Of a DNA stretch of 64,000 bases, positions 13,003 to 23,823 are shown in pieces. The stretch covers positions 23,021,722 to 23,085,721 of the forward strand of contig OZ316896.1 of the NCBI GenBank assembly GCA_973895155.1, read 5' to 3'. Origin of the DNA: Marsupella aquatica. Taxonomy: Eukaryota; Plantae; Marchantiophyta. The notes below the pieces were generated by a model. That model was not told where the DNA came from. It was given only the letters and a program-made list of their open reading frames with translations, and searched no databases. Position 1 is the first letter of the stretch. Each line of letters starts with the position of its first letter. A program made the position numbers and the translations under genes.

Positions 13003-14168
13003 TCATCGTCGATTCCCGTTTTTTAAAACCTCGGGAAATGTTTCACTTAATTCTATGACACTCCATTGGTTCTCGAAATGGAGGAGTTCATGCACTGCAT
13101 TCTCAAGTTCCACTGTCTCTCCCAAGAGGGACTTGAGGCTGAAAGTGAGAGCACTGAAGGAGAGCATTGCCGAGTTACTGAGCAATGATCCAGCCGGATT
13201 TTCCCTCTTCGCTGCAATGAATCCAGAAACTACCTCCTCATAGCGGCCCTCAAAGGCCTCCATAGTTGACTGCATACTCAGAGGAGTTCCATCAATAGCT
13301 CGCTGCGTGCACTGCAGGAGCAAGAGAGGGTGGACATGACCAGCCAATTCGCGAAGATCGCCCATGGATCGCGAACCTTGAGTTGGTCCCAGCCCCTTTT
13401 CTTCGTCATCCACCCACGTCCATTTCTTGCTCAAGTGAACAATGTTGTGTTTCTTGACCTGTAATACCCGTTGGAGAAGATCTAAGGATGACAAAACTTC
13501 GTCTTCCAAAGCAACTAAAGATGTTTGAAGAGGCCCCACTAACATCTCGATCTGCTCCTTCAAGCAGTCTTCAGTTGCTGCGTGTAATGAACAAACCATG
13601 AAGAACAAGAGATCGAGCATGCGTCCTTGTATGTGGTTAAGCTTGGAATAGATCTCCATAGGGAATGGAACATTCCACAAATCTGGTTCCATGATTGCCT
13701 CACTTTGTAGATCAGCTTGCTCGGCAAAGCTGGCCCTTAGCTCTTGCTCAAGCTTTTTGATCCCTTGCACTACCATCCGACGATGTTTGGGACAATAGTT
13801 CCCTGTGTATGCAGCAATCACACTCGCAACACAGTCTCTCAAACCCGTCAAACTCGAAACAAGATTCTCTCTACATAGGGATTTTGCTCTGTTTGGCCAC
13901 ACGACTATCTCCACAATGACCAAACTCAAGACCCCAATGAAATTTTCTACTATACGAACTAAGGCAAATTCTTGAATGCTATTGACCTTAACACGGGCTG
14001 GACCTAACATAATTATGGCTGCGGTCAGCCCAGCAATTACTCCAGCAGGTCCAAATATCCTGCAGAAACGGAGATAGCTTAGGAGTGTGACCCATGGAAT
14101 CAAAGAAATAAGGATCAGGTAAGGATGATTATGCGTGATCAATATCGCCAAATAGCCATAGATAGCCC
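13003..14168 (-). pseudogene. C-terminal part of a plant aromatic-acid-exporter/FUSC/ALMT-like membrane protein, 5' part missing
   Basis: 382-aa open frame with AIYGYLAILIT, FALVRIVENFIG, VEIVVWPNRA and EAIMEPDLWNVPFP. No ATG start or upstream exons; similarity stops near 14168, before repeat sequence. Confidence 0.7.
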
Positions 14169-14484
14169 TGAGAGGTCCCTTCCAAAATCTCTTGCTCTTT
14201 GCATTTCTAAGTTTTTACATTTAGAAATTAGCCAGGAATTGGTGAGGGCGCTGGGTTACTTACCGAGACGCTTGGTTGCTTGTGCAGAAGTCCTATGAGG
14301 ACCGTTGAGTAGCGGTTGTGTTGGAGAGCAAGTGCGGCTTCGTGTGGGAGGGACCGCTGGTGGTGCAAAGGGGCACTAGGTTGCTTGCTCAAGGTATTCC
14401 GTGGAGGCATTCAGGCACCAAGGGCACTTAGGCGTGAGTGCTAGGAATTGGTGAGGGCGTTGGGTGGCGAGGTCCGAGGTCCAC

Positions 14485-15511
14485 CACTTCCAGCCACCAT
14501 GGTAGATACTTACAATGACCAACACTCTACTAGTCAACACAAGATCATGGTAAGGATTATTTTACAATGGTGTGTGGGGATTCAATTTTGTTGGCAGGTC
14601 ATAACTATGGTCCATTTAAATAGCCATAGTAAGCTTTATAATACTCTCTCCCTGTTGATCGAAGTATATATATACTGGTTAGTAGTGCTTCTCTTTATTT
14701 CTTGCCTTGAAAACTGAAAGTAGACCCATACTTTGCAGCATGCACCAGTGTAGAGTAGCCCACAAGCCGGCACTATACCCAAGATTGAAGTATAAATTGG
14801 TTAGTTGCTCTTTTTTTTGGTGCCTTGAAACCAAAATTAAGCAAACTAATCCATCAGAGGATAAAGATTCTACTCTAGAGCATATACCACTGCAGGGTAG
14901 TGTACAAGTGGGGAAGCCTTGAAAACCAAAAGCACACCAATCCAACAGAGGAGAAACATTCTACTATGGAGCATGCAACACTATAGGGTGGCCCACAAGC
15001 CAGGAAGCCTTGTAAACCGAAAGCAAAGCAGACCCATCCAACAAACCTAAACCTAAACGTTCTGCTTTGGAGCATGCACCACTCTATCGGATCACATACC
15101 AGGAAGGAGAGAGGGTTGGACTAGGGCCCCAAAGCGGGCACCCCAAGGCCGAGGAGAAATCAATACTCCCCACCACTACTTCCCACCCAGAGATGGGGTC
15201 TTTGTACTAACTGCACATCAAAATATGACATACAGTGCATACAACAACCCTCCATACCATGAAAAACCTTGTTATTTTTTAATCAATGAGTACAAACTCT
15301 ATAGTTGCACATTTTGATCTGTTGTGACTACAACATGATTATAGCAGGGCCAGAGGTGCACACCAAGAGATGCACACACGTAACTGCTACAGAAGGGATT
15401 GAACCCGGGACCTCTCGGTTCCAGGCTTATCTTCTAACCAACCGAAGTTGCTTTAGTCATTCTTTTCTGCAGCTCGGGGCTTCATCTTCACACAGCTCGG
15501 GGCTTCATCTT

Positions 15512-15575
<64 letters not shown>
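14485..15575. repeat. Inverted duplicate of the DVR upstream region, ending in a (GA)n tract (15515-15575)
   Basis: Reverse complement of 5182-6150 with scattered substitutions and a local ~23-bp duplication CAGCTCGGGGCTTCATCTTCACA. Confidence 0.9.
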
Positions 15576-15578
<3 letters not shown>

Positions 15579-16019
15579 GTAGCTAGAGTCCTAACACCCA
15601 TTCAAGGCCACGATCACACCTAGGCTAGCATTAACACATTCTTGACCCTGTAGCGTTATCAAAAAGATAGTTGTGGTTTAACTTTCATGTCAGACATACA
15701 CCTTGTCACTCATAGCCTAGAGTCCAGGTTGCCAAAGCAGATATGATCAAAAAAGCTATGAAAAACAATTGCATGTCAGACGCAGGGCTCCAAGAAACAA
15801 TCTTCATTTATAAAGTCAAAAAGAGTTCTTTGTCATGTCCTGTGTGTAAAAAGTTAAAAACATTTAAAACAGAGCATCTTTCTTAAACTGTGAGTATACT
15901 GTAGCATGCAGTGACTTCTTCTTAATGTGCGGAGGCCAATATCACGTACTGTCATTCACCAGATGTAAGTCCACAAAAGATTAGTTCATAACAAATAAGG
16001 TGCAGCAGTATGCATTTAC

Positions 16020-16310
16020 AGAAGTAAATGAATCTACAATGCAGTGCATCATTACTGGGTTTCAGTCAGTTTGATGTAGATCATTATCTAAAGTGAAGAT
16101 ATGAGTGAAACGGCTCATACCACAGCCCCCATCCTCAGGGTGAATCAGGCCATAGACAAGGATTCGAGTTATACATTTCTGCTGCCAGTAGCTGCGCGCG
16201 GCGGCAACGGGGAGACGTATATCCACTTTAGGCTAGCATTGCAAATGAGATTAATATATGAAATGATGGTACCATGGTGTAAGATTACATACCTGTTGGC
16301 TTTGTGCCAT
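16020..16310 (-). pseudogene. Degraded small gene of unknown family, paralog 1 (MAQSQQ / PKVDIRLPVAA...GLIHPEDGG)
   Basis: 18-nt first exon 16310-16293, GT-AG intron 16292-16233, in-frame second exon with an internal stop; homologous to 17460-17764. Confidence 0.5.
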
Positions 16311-17459
16311 GAGAGGTCTCTGTGCTGTCGTAAGGTGCTGGCAAAGCTTGTTAGTAGATGTTAGTGCAGTACCTGGTAGTCATTCTTGTTGCACTTAGCC
16401 TAGGTCGCTTCTAAATGTGCCACAGTAGTAAAGGACTTAAAGCAGAGTTCTTGGCATATAAGTGTGTGGCCAGAGGACAAGAGTTGATGCGTCAGAGAAT
16501 GTGTGTGAAAGCGTGAAGGAATCAGCCAGAGCACAGTGACTTGAGATGTGACACGAAACCTTTCCTGCCTCTCACATACACACTTGGGACATTTGGAGGG
16601 AAATAGGAGAGCCAGGGGATGTGTACATAGCTTTTTTTAGGGCATTCGCCAAAGTGGGGACTGTTTCAATCACTGTGTACGCTTGCCCTATTTATGTATA
16701 GGTGTATTGGTATCCATTATGTATCTAATATTGTCTGGATGGATGAGTACAGTATAGCTTCTTTTGTTTATACTATAATGTTATTTTATACCTGGTTTTT
16801 AAAGATGACCTAGGATTAGCCGTACCCTTACTAGACCAGAGAGAGATGTTTTATAAAGTAGCAAAAAACACCCAGTCAAGGCCACTTCAAGGAGTTACTT
16901 TGTCCATACATACAGCATGTCTAAGTCCTACAGTAGGGTCTGGGAGGAGTCCTGGATAAATAAACATTACACCTTATAGTCCAAGTCAAAAACTTCATGT
17001 ATTGCCGGTGACAAAGTAAGTTCACAGAAGTACAATGAAAAGTTCTGATGGAGATTAGAGATATCAAAAAGTTAATACTCATACAGTACTCAATCCATTA
17101 ACAAGACATGTCTCCAGATAGCTTCTAAGTCAAAGCATAGTGGCAGGGTCTGCTATTGGAAATACAGAGTAAAACAAGGGATAGAAATAACTAATGACAG
17201 AAGTAACAAGTGTCACAAATAACCAGGATTTGTTAAAAAACTTTTTACAGAGTAATATGTAGATAGATCTCAACGCCAGGGGTATAGAAAGAAGAATTAC
17301 ACTATCAAGTCAACAAAAAACAATTTCTTGGAGATATTAGTGGTGTGGATAAGAGCGAATTGCTGCAGTGTTAAGAACAACAAAAAAAAATTAATAGTTA
17401 GCAGGGTCAGTATACAACATATGTGTAGCTTATTAGAACTGGCATCTAGCTCTAAGCAA

Positions 17460-17764
17460 AGCTCTATGCATGGACTATCGGTGCATCAAATCTGTTTGTC
17501 TTACAGACAGAAGTAGACCATCAACCATAACTGACGTGTAGTTGACATGACTACATTGCAAGCCCCAGGTTCGTCATTCAGCCCCCGTCCCTGGGGTGAA
17601 TCAAGCCAAGTAACTGACAAATTCATGCTATATGTTTCTGTTACCAGATGCCCAGGCGGTAATGGGGAGACATATATCAGTTATGGGCTAGACTAAGCTA
17701 TTCATGAAATATAACAAAAAAGGAATCAATATGAGAAGAGCGGTACCTGTTGAGCGCGCGCCAT
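17460..17764 (-). pseudogene. Degraded small gene of unknown family, paralog 2 (MARAQQ / PITDICLPITA...GLIHPRDGG)
   Basis: 18-nt first exon 17764-17747, intron 17746-17688, same layout as paralog 1 with a frameshift and stops. Confidence 0.5.
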
Positions 17765-18402
17765 AGCTCTGAACACGATTTCTGATCGAACGAGAACTAT
17801 TTCCGCAAACAAGAACTATTTCCGCAAACGAGAAGTGTGTTTTCATTTTCCGCTGAATCTCGCGAAATTGGTGGTTTTTTTAATCAAAAACAGGTTTTTG
17901 GGGAAATAATGTAATCTGTATCGGAGTTCGGATTGAATCAAGAAATTCAGGAATGGTCCAAACCACTGAAATTAATGGTCATAAACATTCAATTTATCAA
18001 GGAAAAATTAGATCCAAAAAATGTTCGCCAGAACCTCATATTCACTCTCTCCAAAGATATATGAAACGTCTTATCTAGAAATCCATATCCACTTTTCAAA
18101 CAAAGTCCGATACCTGTATCAGACTCCGGATTTCAACCATGAAAGTTCCGACCGAATCTCAATTTCCCCAGTTTTTGGTTATTTACTGTAACTATTTTAC
18201 ATCACAGTCGATAAGAAATTACCGCACAATTTGTCAAACTTACCTTGCAGTTACCTCCGCAATTGACCATAGTAACCACATACATGCATAGTCAACATGC
18301 CGTTGTCTCAACAACAATGCGCAGTCCGATAAAATTATCGCGGCAACTCCGGACGACAAAAATACTTGCCGACAATACTAAGATCTTTCGGTTCATCGGT
18401 TA

Positions 18403-18640
18403 AATTTCAAAATTGCAACTATCCATATTACGAAAACACTTTTTGCAATACCAACGTCAGATAAATTTATCGCTGCAATTTCAAAATTGCAAACTTTCCA
18501 TATGAAGGAAACACTTTTTGCAATACCAACATCAAATAAATTTATCGCTGCAATTTTAAAATTGCAACTTTCCATATGAAGGAAACACTTTTTGCAACAC
18601 CAACATCAGATAGATTTATCGCTTAAATTTCAAAACTACA
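18403..18640. repeat. Tandem repeat, 3 units of 74-75 bp, each with a GATAAATTTATC-like palindrome
   Basis: AATTT(C/T)AAAATTGCAA starts at 18403, 18477 and 18552, with a partial unit at 18626. Confidence 0.9.
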
Positions 18641-18727
18641 TAATTTCTCCACGATGCACGTGTAAGAATCAAATTGGAAATCCAAGAAATATACCCTTCT
18701 CTGCTATTTTGTGGTTTAGCGAGATGG

Positions 18728-18776
18728 CCAATCAAAAGTGGCCACGTGGGCCAACCCCTCAACAGACACTATAAAA
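18728..18776 (+). promoter_or_regulatory. Putative transposase promoter: CCAAT-N9-CCACG (ERSE-like, overlapping G-box) plus TATAAAA
   Basis: CCAAT 18728-18732, CCACG 18742-18746, TATAAAA 18770-18776, ~145 bp before the ATG at 18921; same layout in element B. Confidence 0.6.
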
Positions 18777-18920
18777 GGACCACCGTCGATAAGTTTTTGG
18801 CGTCATTATCCAGAGTAGAGTTTCAGGAGTTGTGTTCTTGGAGCAACATTTTGTTGGTTGAGCCATTCGTTTTCCCTGATTGAGGGAGGAATGCAAAGCC
18901 CCATAGTGTCTCGGATAGCC

Positions 18921-20210
18921 ATGTCTCAATCAGACACAGATTCACCTTCAAGTTCAGTTGAATCCTCTCCTAATCTACTCTCTCACAGCAGATAGTGCCC
19001 AAATTTTCTGACGTTGATTCAGATTCTGATGCAAGTTCTGGTCTTGAGCCCAGTTCTTACTATGTATCGCCTAGTAAACCTAAGAAGCGTCGTCTCTTGA
19101 GCGTTCCATCGCCAAGGAATGAGAAAATTACAATCCCAGGTTTAGGTCTGAGACGTCGCTTCAGGCCATCCATCCCGGGTTATGGAGAGGGTATCCGGCG
19201 ACCGATACGCGTATCGCACTCAGCATTCAAGTTGCCACATTCAACACACGTTCAACGACGGATCTTTTAGTCTCAGGGTGAGGATCAGGAGGCAGAAATA
19301 CAAAGACCGATATGGCGATCGGTCTTTGCATTGCCTGGACTGGACGTGCGAGCAAGCAAGGGAATTGGATTGCAAAGTCCAGACTCGGCCCTTTCCCAAA
19401 TGGTCCATGGGAATCGTGGTCAACAAGTGCTCAATTTTCCTGCAGCTCGCGGAGTCGTTGGGATTGCACGTATGAATAGTTCACCGTTCAGAGTTCCAGA
19501 TTCTCCAAGTTCTCCAGGGCGGACTGTGATTGGTTCCAGGCTCCAAGTGTCAAGGAGAGGTCTTAGTGGCGTTCGGGTTACTTATGTATAGAGAGCCACG
19601 GAGTCCAATTGTGTTTTCAGATGAGTCGAGTGGATCAGAGGACGAAGATCAGGAAGGAGATAGAGAATCCGATATCATAGCACAAGTTGTGTCTGAATGT
19701 TTAGAAGGAGCTGTAGAAGGGAATAGTTTTAGTCACCTTTTCAGTGCCCCTCTAAATGCGTTGAGGAGATCTGTGGAGGATGGTAGCTCAACAGAGAGTG
19801 ATGCATCTATTCGTGAGGTACCTGAAGGAGAGGAAAATGCTAATGTTCTCATCGGATTTCAGTCTATAAAGAAGTCAAATGAGCCTAGTAAAAAAGATAG
19901 AGATCGACCGAATTACTAGGAAAGACAATTATGTGATAAATGATAAATTGAATAGAAACAAAATGCAAGAAATTTATAAGTATCCATGTTGTGATAATTT
20001 TTGTCTGAGGAATTTGGGTTTGCAGGATGTGACAAAACAACGCACATATTACTATGGGCTATCCTACCAAGAGAAGAACGTACTTCTAAGAGGATGTGTG
20101 AAGGGTGGGCATGCCTGTGCAAGTGGTTACTCAGTTAGCGGTAGATCCTTTTGTCGGAGTGGTTTTAAGAAATTATTTTCCCTAGGAAATAATCGTCTCC
20201 AAAAAATTTG
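18921..20210 (+). pseudogene. Element A transposase, N-terminal part only
   Basis: Colinear with the element B transposase (KKRRLLSVP, PSIPGYGEGIRR, REPRSPIVF, KYPCCDNFCLR, FCRSGFKKLFSLGNNRLQ); has stops and frameshifts and ends before the DDE core. Confidence 0.85.
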
Positions 20211-20221
20211 AACACATAAAA

Positions 20222-22758
20222 AATTGCAGCAAGCACAAAATTCTTGAACACATACGGGATGTCAGCGGAGGGAACAATAACCTCCCCCGCCACATTATAT
20301 TGCACAGGCGGAACAACTTTATTTTTCTGCTTCGACCCAATCTTCAGCTGTAACAAAGGTCGCACAGAATTCCAATCAGAATGAACTCGCTTAACGAATA
20401 CGAAAGCCGATAAAAATCTCGGGATGATTTTCAAATGAAACGAGTTATGCAAAAATGTACTGATGGAATGGCAAGGCCGATAAAAATCTCGCAATGATTT
20501 TTGAATGGAACGAGGAATGCAAAAATCTACTAATGGAATGGCAAGGCCAATAAAAATCTCGGGGAGAGACGGGTGCTTACCGCTTCGCTCAACTTCTCTG
20601 CCCATGTTCTCAGGACGGAAACATCCATCTCATTTGGAAACATTTCTCTGCACGTTGCCCAGTCGGGCTGCCCAGATATCTGCAAGAATAATTCTTCACC
20701 TTAATTGGAAAGTTTTTTCAGCTTTTCCCCTTCCTTGTGCATTTGATCCAAGGTGATCACTTTCCCAATGACCCTATTCAAGAGCCGCTTAACATGCTCC
20801 TTAGTTGACTGTCCTTGAAGACCTCAAAAAGTATTTAAATTGAGGTCACCTGCAAGTTTATTCATTTTAATCTCTTTCAGCGTTAAAGGTTTAACCTTTC
20901 CCTTTGCATTTGTTGTTGCCACAATCTTGTTGGGTTGTCCCAAGATAGTCCCCTTCTCCCACATCTGGAAAACTTTCTCTTGAAGATCCCAAATTTCACC
21001 TGTTTGAAAAGCAATCTGGAACGTTGGGTCATGTTTGGCCATGCTGTCACGAACACCGGGAGTGTATTCCAGCATACATTCCTGACAACAAGCGTGCCAC
21101 AATATCTTTGTTGAAATGGACAGGAATGTATGTTGGAGTCATCCTACATCCATTTCAACAAAGATATTGTGGCACACACGAACTCTGTCGATATGAGTCA
21201 TGTTCTTCCTATACTCCTGGTCATAATTGTGCTGGAAGCCCAACTTTTGGACCTCCGACTTGGTAAGTCCTGCGTATACCCAAGCTTCCAGCTCACCATA
21301 AATCTGCTTCCCATACATTTTATACAACTCGGCCTTTGCTCGAGCACCATGATTTCCTCCAATAATTCTATACTTCCATACTTTGGACTGTAGAATGTCC
21401 CAATCCTCGATTGTGGGACAATCCTCCGGATCCACACACGGCACAAACGATGCGCTGAAGTTAGTGGGGTTTTTCCTTAGAAGAATCTTGATATTCTCCA
21501 CATGCAATTTGTCCACTGGTCTGATCAAAGTTAACTTCTCTCGAGCTTCATCAAAAATTAAATTGTCGACATGCAAGAGGACAGTTGTCCTTTGAAGCCT
21601 TCGCTGCATCAGCAGACTGAGCTCCGCTTTGATGGCGTCAATCTCATACATCGAAAGAGCAGTCACCTCCTCATCATCAATCTAGAAAACGCCATTTGAA
21701 ATTAGATTACGAAAGAAACAATGAGATTTTTATCGGAATCCTCTTTCGTCAATAGAAAATCAAAGTTTGGTAGCACTTACCGATCAAAGCTCGGTTTATA
21801 TATCTGAACGAGGCAAACGCTCGTCAATCACCAGAGGCTCCATATCGATTGGGGCTTCCACTCCTTCCGGGGCTGTGGATAAACTCTAGGTTGTTCTCTT
21901 TCTCTTAACACTGACTCTAGAACCAGATGGCCCCGATCCCTCAGATCCTCTACTCTCGCTTACATTTATGTAGGGCGCTTCCAAAATGCCTATACCTGCA
22001 CCGGCTGCACAACCTCGACGATTGCCGCTGCCCCTTCTCCCACCCTCGGAGGGACCAGCAACATCTTCCCTGGTGTTCCCTCTCCCTCTCCCTTTCCCCC
22101 TGCCACTTCCCTTCCCCGAACCCCTTTTGGGCTCATCCAAAGCCGTACCTCCAGCGCTTTTTGCCGATGAAGCTCCACTCCCGTTAGAACCAGGCCTCTC
22201 AATAACTATTTTCCGGATGGGTTTGAATTCTTCACTTGTGAGCCTCTTGTACTCTGCATTCACCCTTGGTAGCATGATGAGATCACAATCTTGGACAAAC
22301 TGGCACACCCAAGCTGGGCCCATAAGATTCATTACTTTTGCGGACCTAACTTCCGCGACAAGCACGTCTTCAGGGTAACTCTCAAGGGATTTCTCAAGAA
22401 AGTTCTCCATGGTGACAATGACAGAGGTGAATCCCTTGCCTCCACACATTGTCAAGAAACTCAGACCCTCTTTCAACACTTTTGCCTCTCCTTGGCTAAT
22501 CAAGTACTCACAGATCGCCACACCAACGACGGGGCTAAACGAGAGAGTAACCTTTGCGGATTTTTGCATCTAGACACAAAGGATAGGAGACTCACAGTCT
22601 GCCATATCCTTGGACTGTAACCTAGCGTCGCGGAAGTACCACAGTTTCTTGATGAACTTGACCTCTTCACAAATGTCTTCACTTGTCCAAATCGCGTTCG
22701 TGAGGCTTGTCATGAGACTTTCAGCCTCGGCAGATCCACTCTTCCCACTAGGACCCAT
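20222..22758 (-). pseudogene. Element A ParB-like gene, truncated before the methyltransferase domain
   Basis: AESLMTSLTNAIW..EDICEE, LIRPVDKLHVENIK, YRIIGGNHGARAK and DIPYVFKNFVLAAI match 25903-28560. Introns (21682-21780, donor at 20580) sit at positions equivalent to element B. Confidence 0.85.
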
Positions 22759-23100
22759 GATGACAAAGTCTACAAATCTGAATGCAAGGAGCAATAAATT
22801 TATCGCTCTGACAAACCAAAAAACCAAAAACTGGCATGCAAACATCGATACAATGAACTCAGAAAGTGCTCATTCACGTACAAGCATTAGGTCATTCCAC
22901 GAGCGATACCAACTCCGATAAAATTATTGCAAACAAATATGAGCATGATATAAATTGACGGCCGAGATTACATTATCATATGTGTGAACATCTGAAAATG
23001 CGACCAACACCGATAAAATTATTGCAAAAGTGGTCCAAACAAAAAGTGAACCTTCTTTAAATTGACGGCCGAGTGTACAATCACGTGATAATGTGCCTAA

Positions 23101-23823
23101 TCAATCATCCCACCCAAGATCAAACCGCGCCACAGCGAAGTGAGAGATTAGCTTCTTGGGGCATTGGGGTATATGAGTGATTCTATGATCATAGGCCCAC
23201 AGCCAATGAAAATTTGTGGCACCGGTCTCAGGATTAACTACAGCTACTGAATAGCGGCGTGATGGAACGTTACAACAGGCATTTGTGCAACACTGACACA
23301 TCTCACCATTGTCAAGGACATTTGTCCATAAACAAGATACATAAGTTAACCTAAATAACGGACAAAGAGGCCGAGGGGGGAGTTGACAAGTCCTGTACAA
23401 ATATAACTTCCCACCAGTGTCAATCAAAAACTCGGTAGCAATAGGATTGTCCAGCTGGTCAATCACATCCTGAAACTCATCGAATGCTCTACGTTTGTTG
23501 TGGGCATAGAATTCTGGTTCATAAACAGGATTTCCCTTCACAACATGACAGCAATGCAGTATAAAACGTTTTACTACACCGATTTTAAGAAAGAGCAGGA
23601 TAATACTTCTAGAAAATGCAGCATATCTATCCCACCGGATATAAATTTCTCCCCCTACCTGGTCTATGTAGAAGTGATATGCGTTATTATAAAATGGTTT
23701 TGCTACCAGCCTGCAAATCTTTAAAATTAGTGATTCATCCAGCTTCCTTAGATGGTCCATCAGGGCGCCATTCCCCCATTCCGGAGGATCCACGAAGGGT
23801 ACAAAAATGCGTCGCTCGAGCAT
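23101..23823 (-). CDS. Intact 240-aa ORF of unknown function, weak F-box-like N-terminus and Cys-rich C-terminus
   Basis: ATG-to-stop frame open in both duplicate copies; LRKLDESLILKICRLV; CLW...CQCCTNACC cluster. Confidence 0.55.
   Translation of the reverse strand: MLERRIFVPFVDPPEWGNGALMDHLRKLDESLILKICRLVAKPFYNNAYHFYIDQVGGEIYIRWDRYAAFSRSIILLFLKIGVVKRFILHCCHVVKGNPVYEPEFYAHNKRRAFDEFQDVIDQLDNPIATEFLIDTGGKLYLYRTCQLPPRPLCPLFRLTYVSCLWTNVLDNGEMCQCCTNACCNVPSRRYSVAVVNPETGATNFHWLWAYDHRITHIPQCPKKLISHFAVARFDLGWDD

Larger units (their letters stand above)
17772..23100. mobile_element. Element A: internally deleted member of the transposase + ParB-MTase DNA transposon family (right end not found)
   Basis: Left end AACAC-N12-AACGAGAA has the same spacing as the element B TIR, with AAACGAGAAGTGTG at ~17826. 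It contains convergent homologs of both element B genes. Right boundary approximate. Confidence 0.8.

Noticed and set aside
20256-20270. ADIPY in element A as a DPPY-like catalytic motif
   Set aside because: It aligns with KDIPHSF in element B, upstream of the MTase domain; the real motif (DVPY) lies in the region deleted from A.
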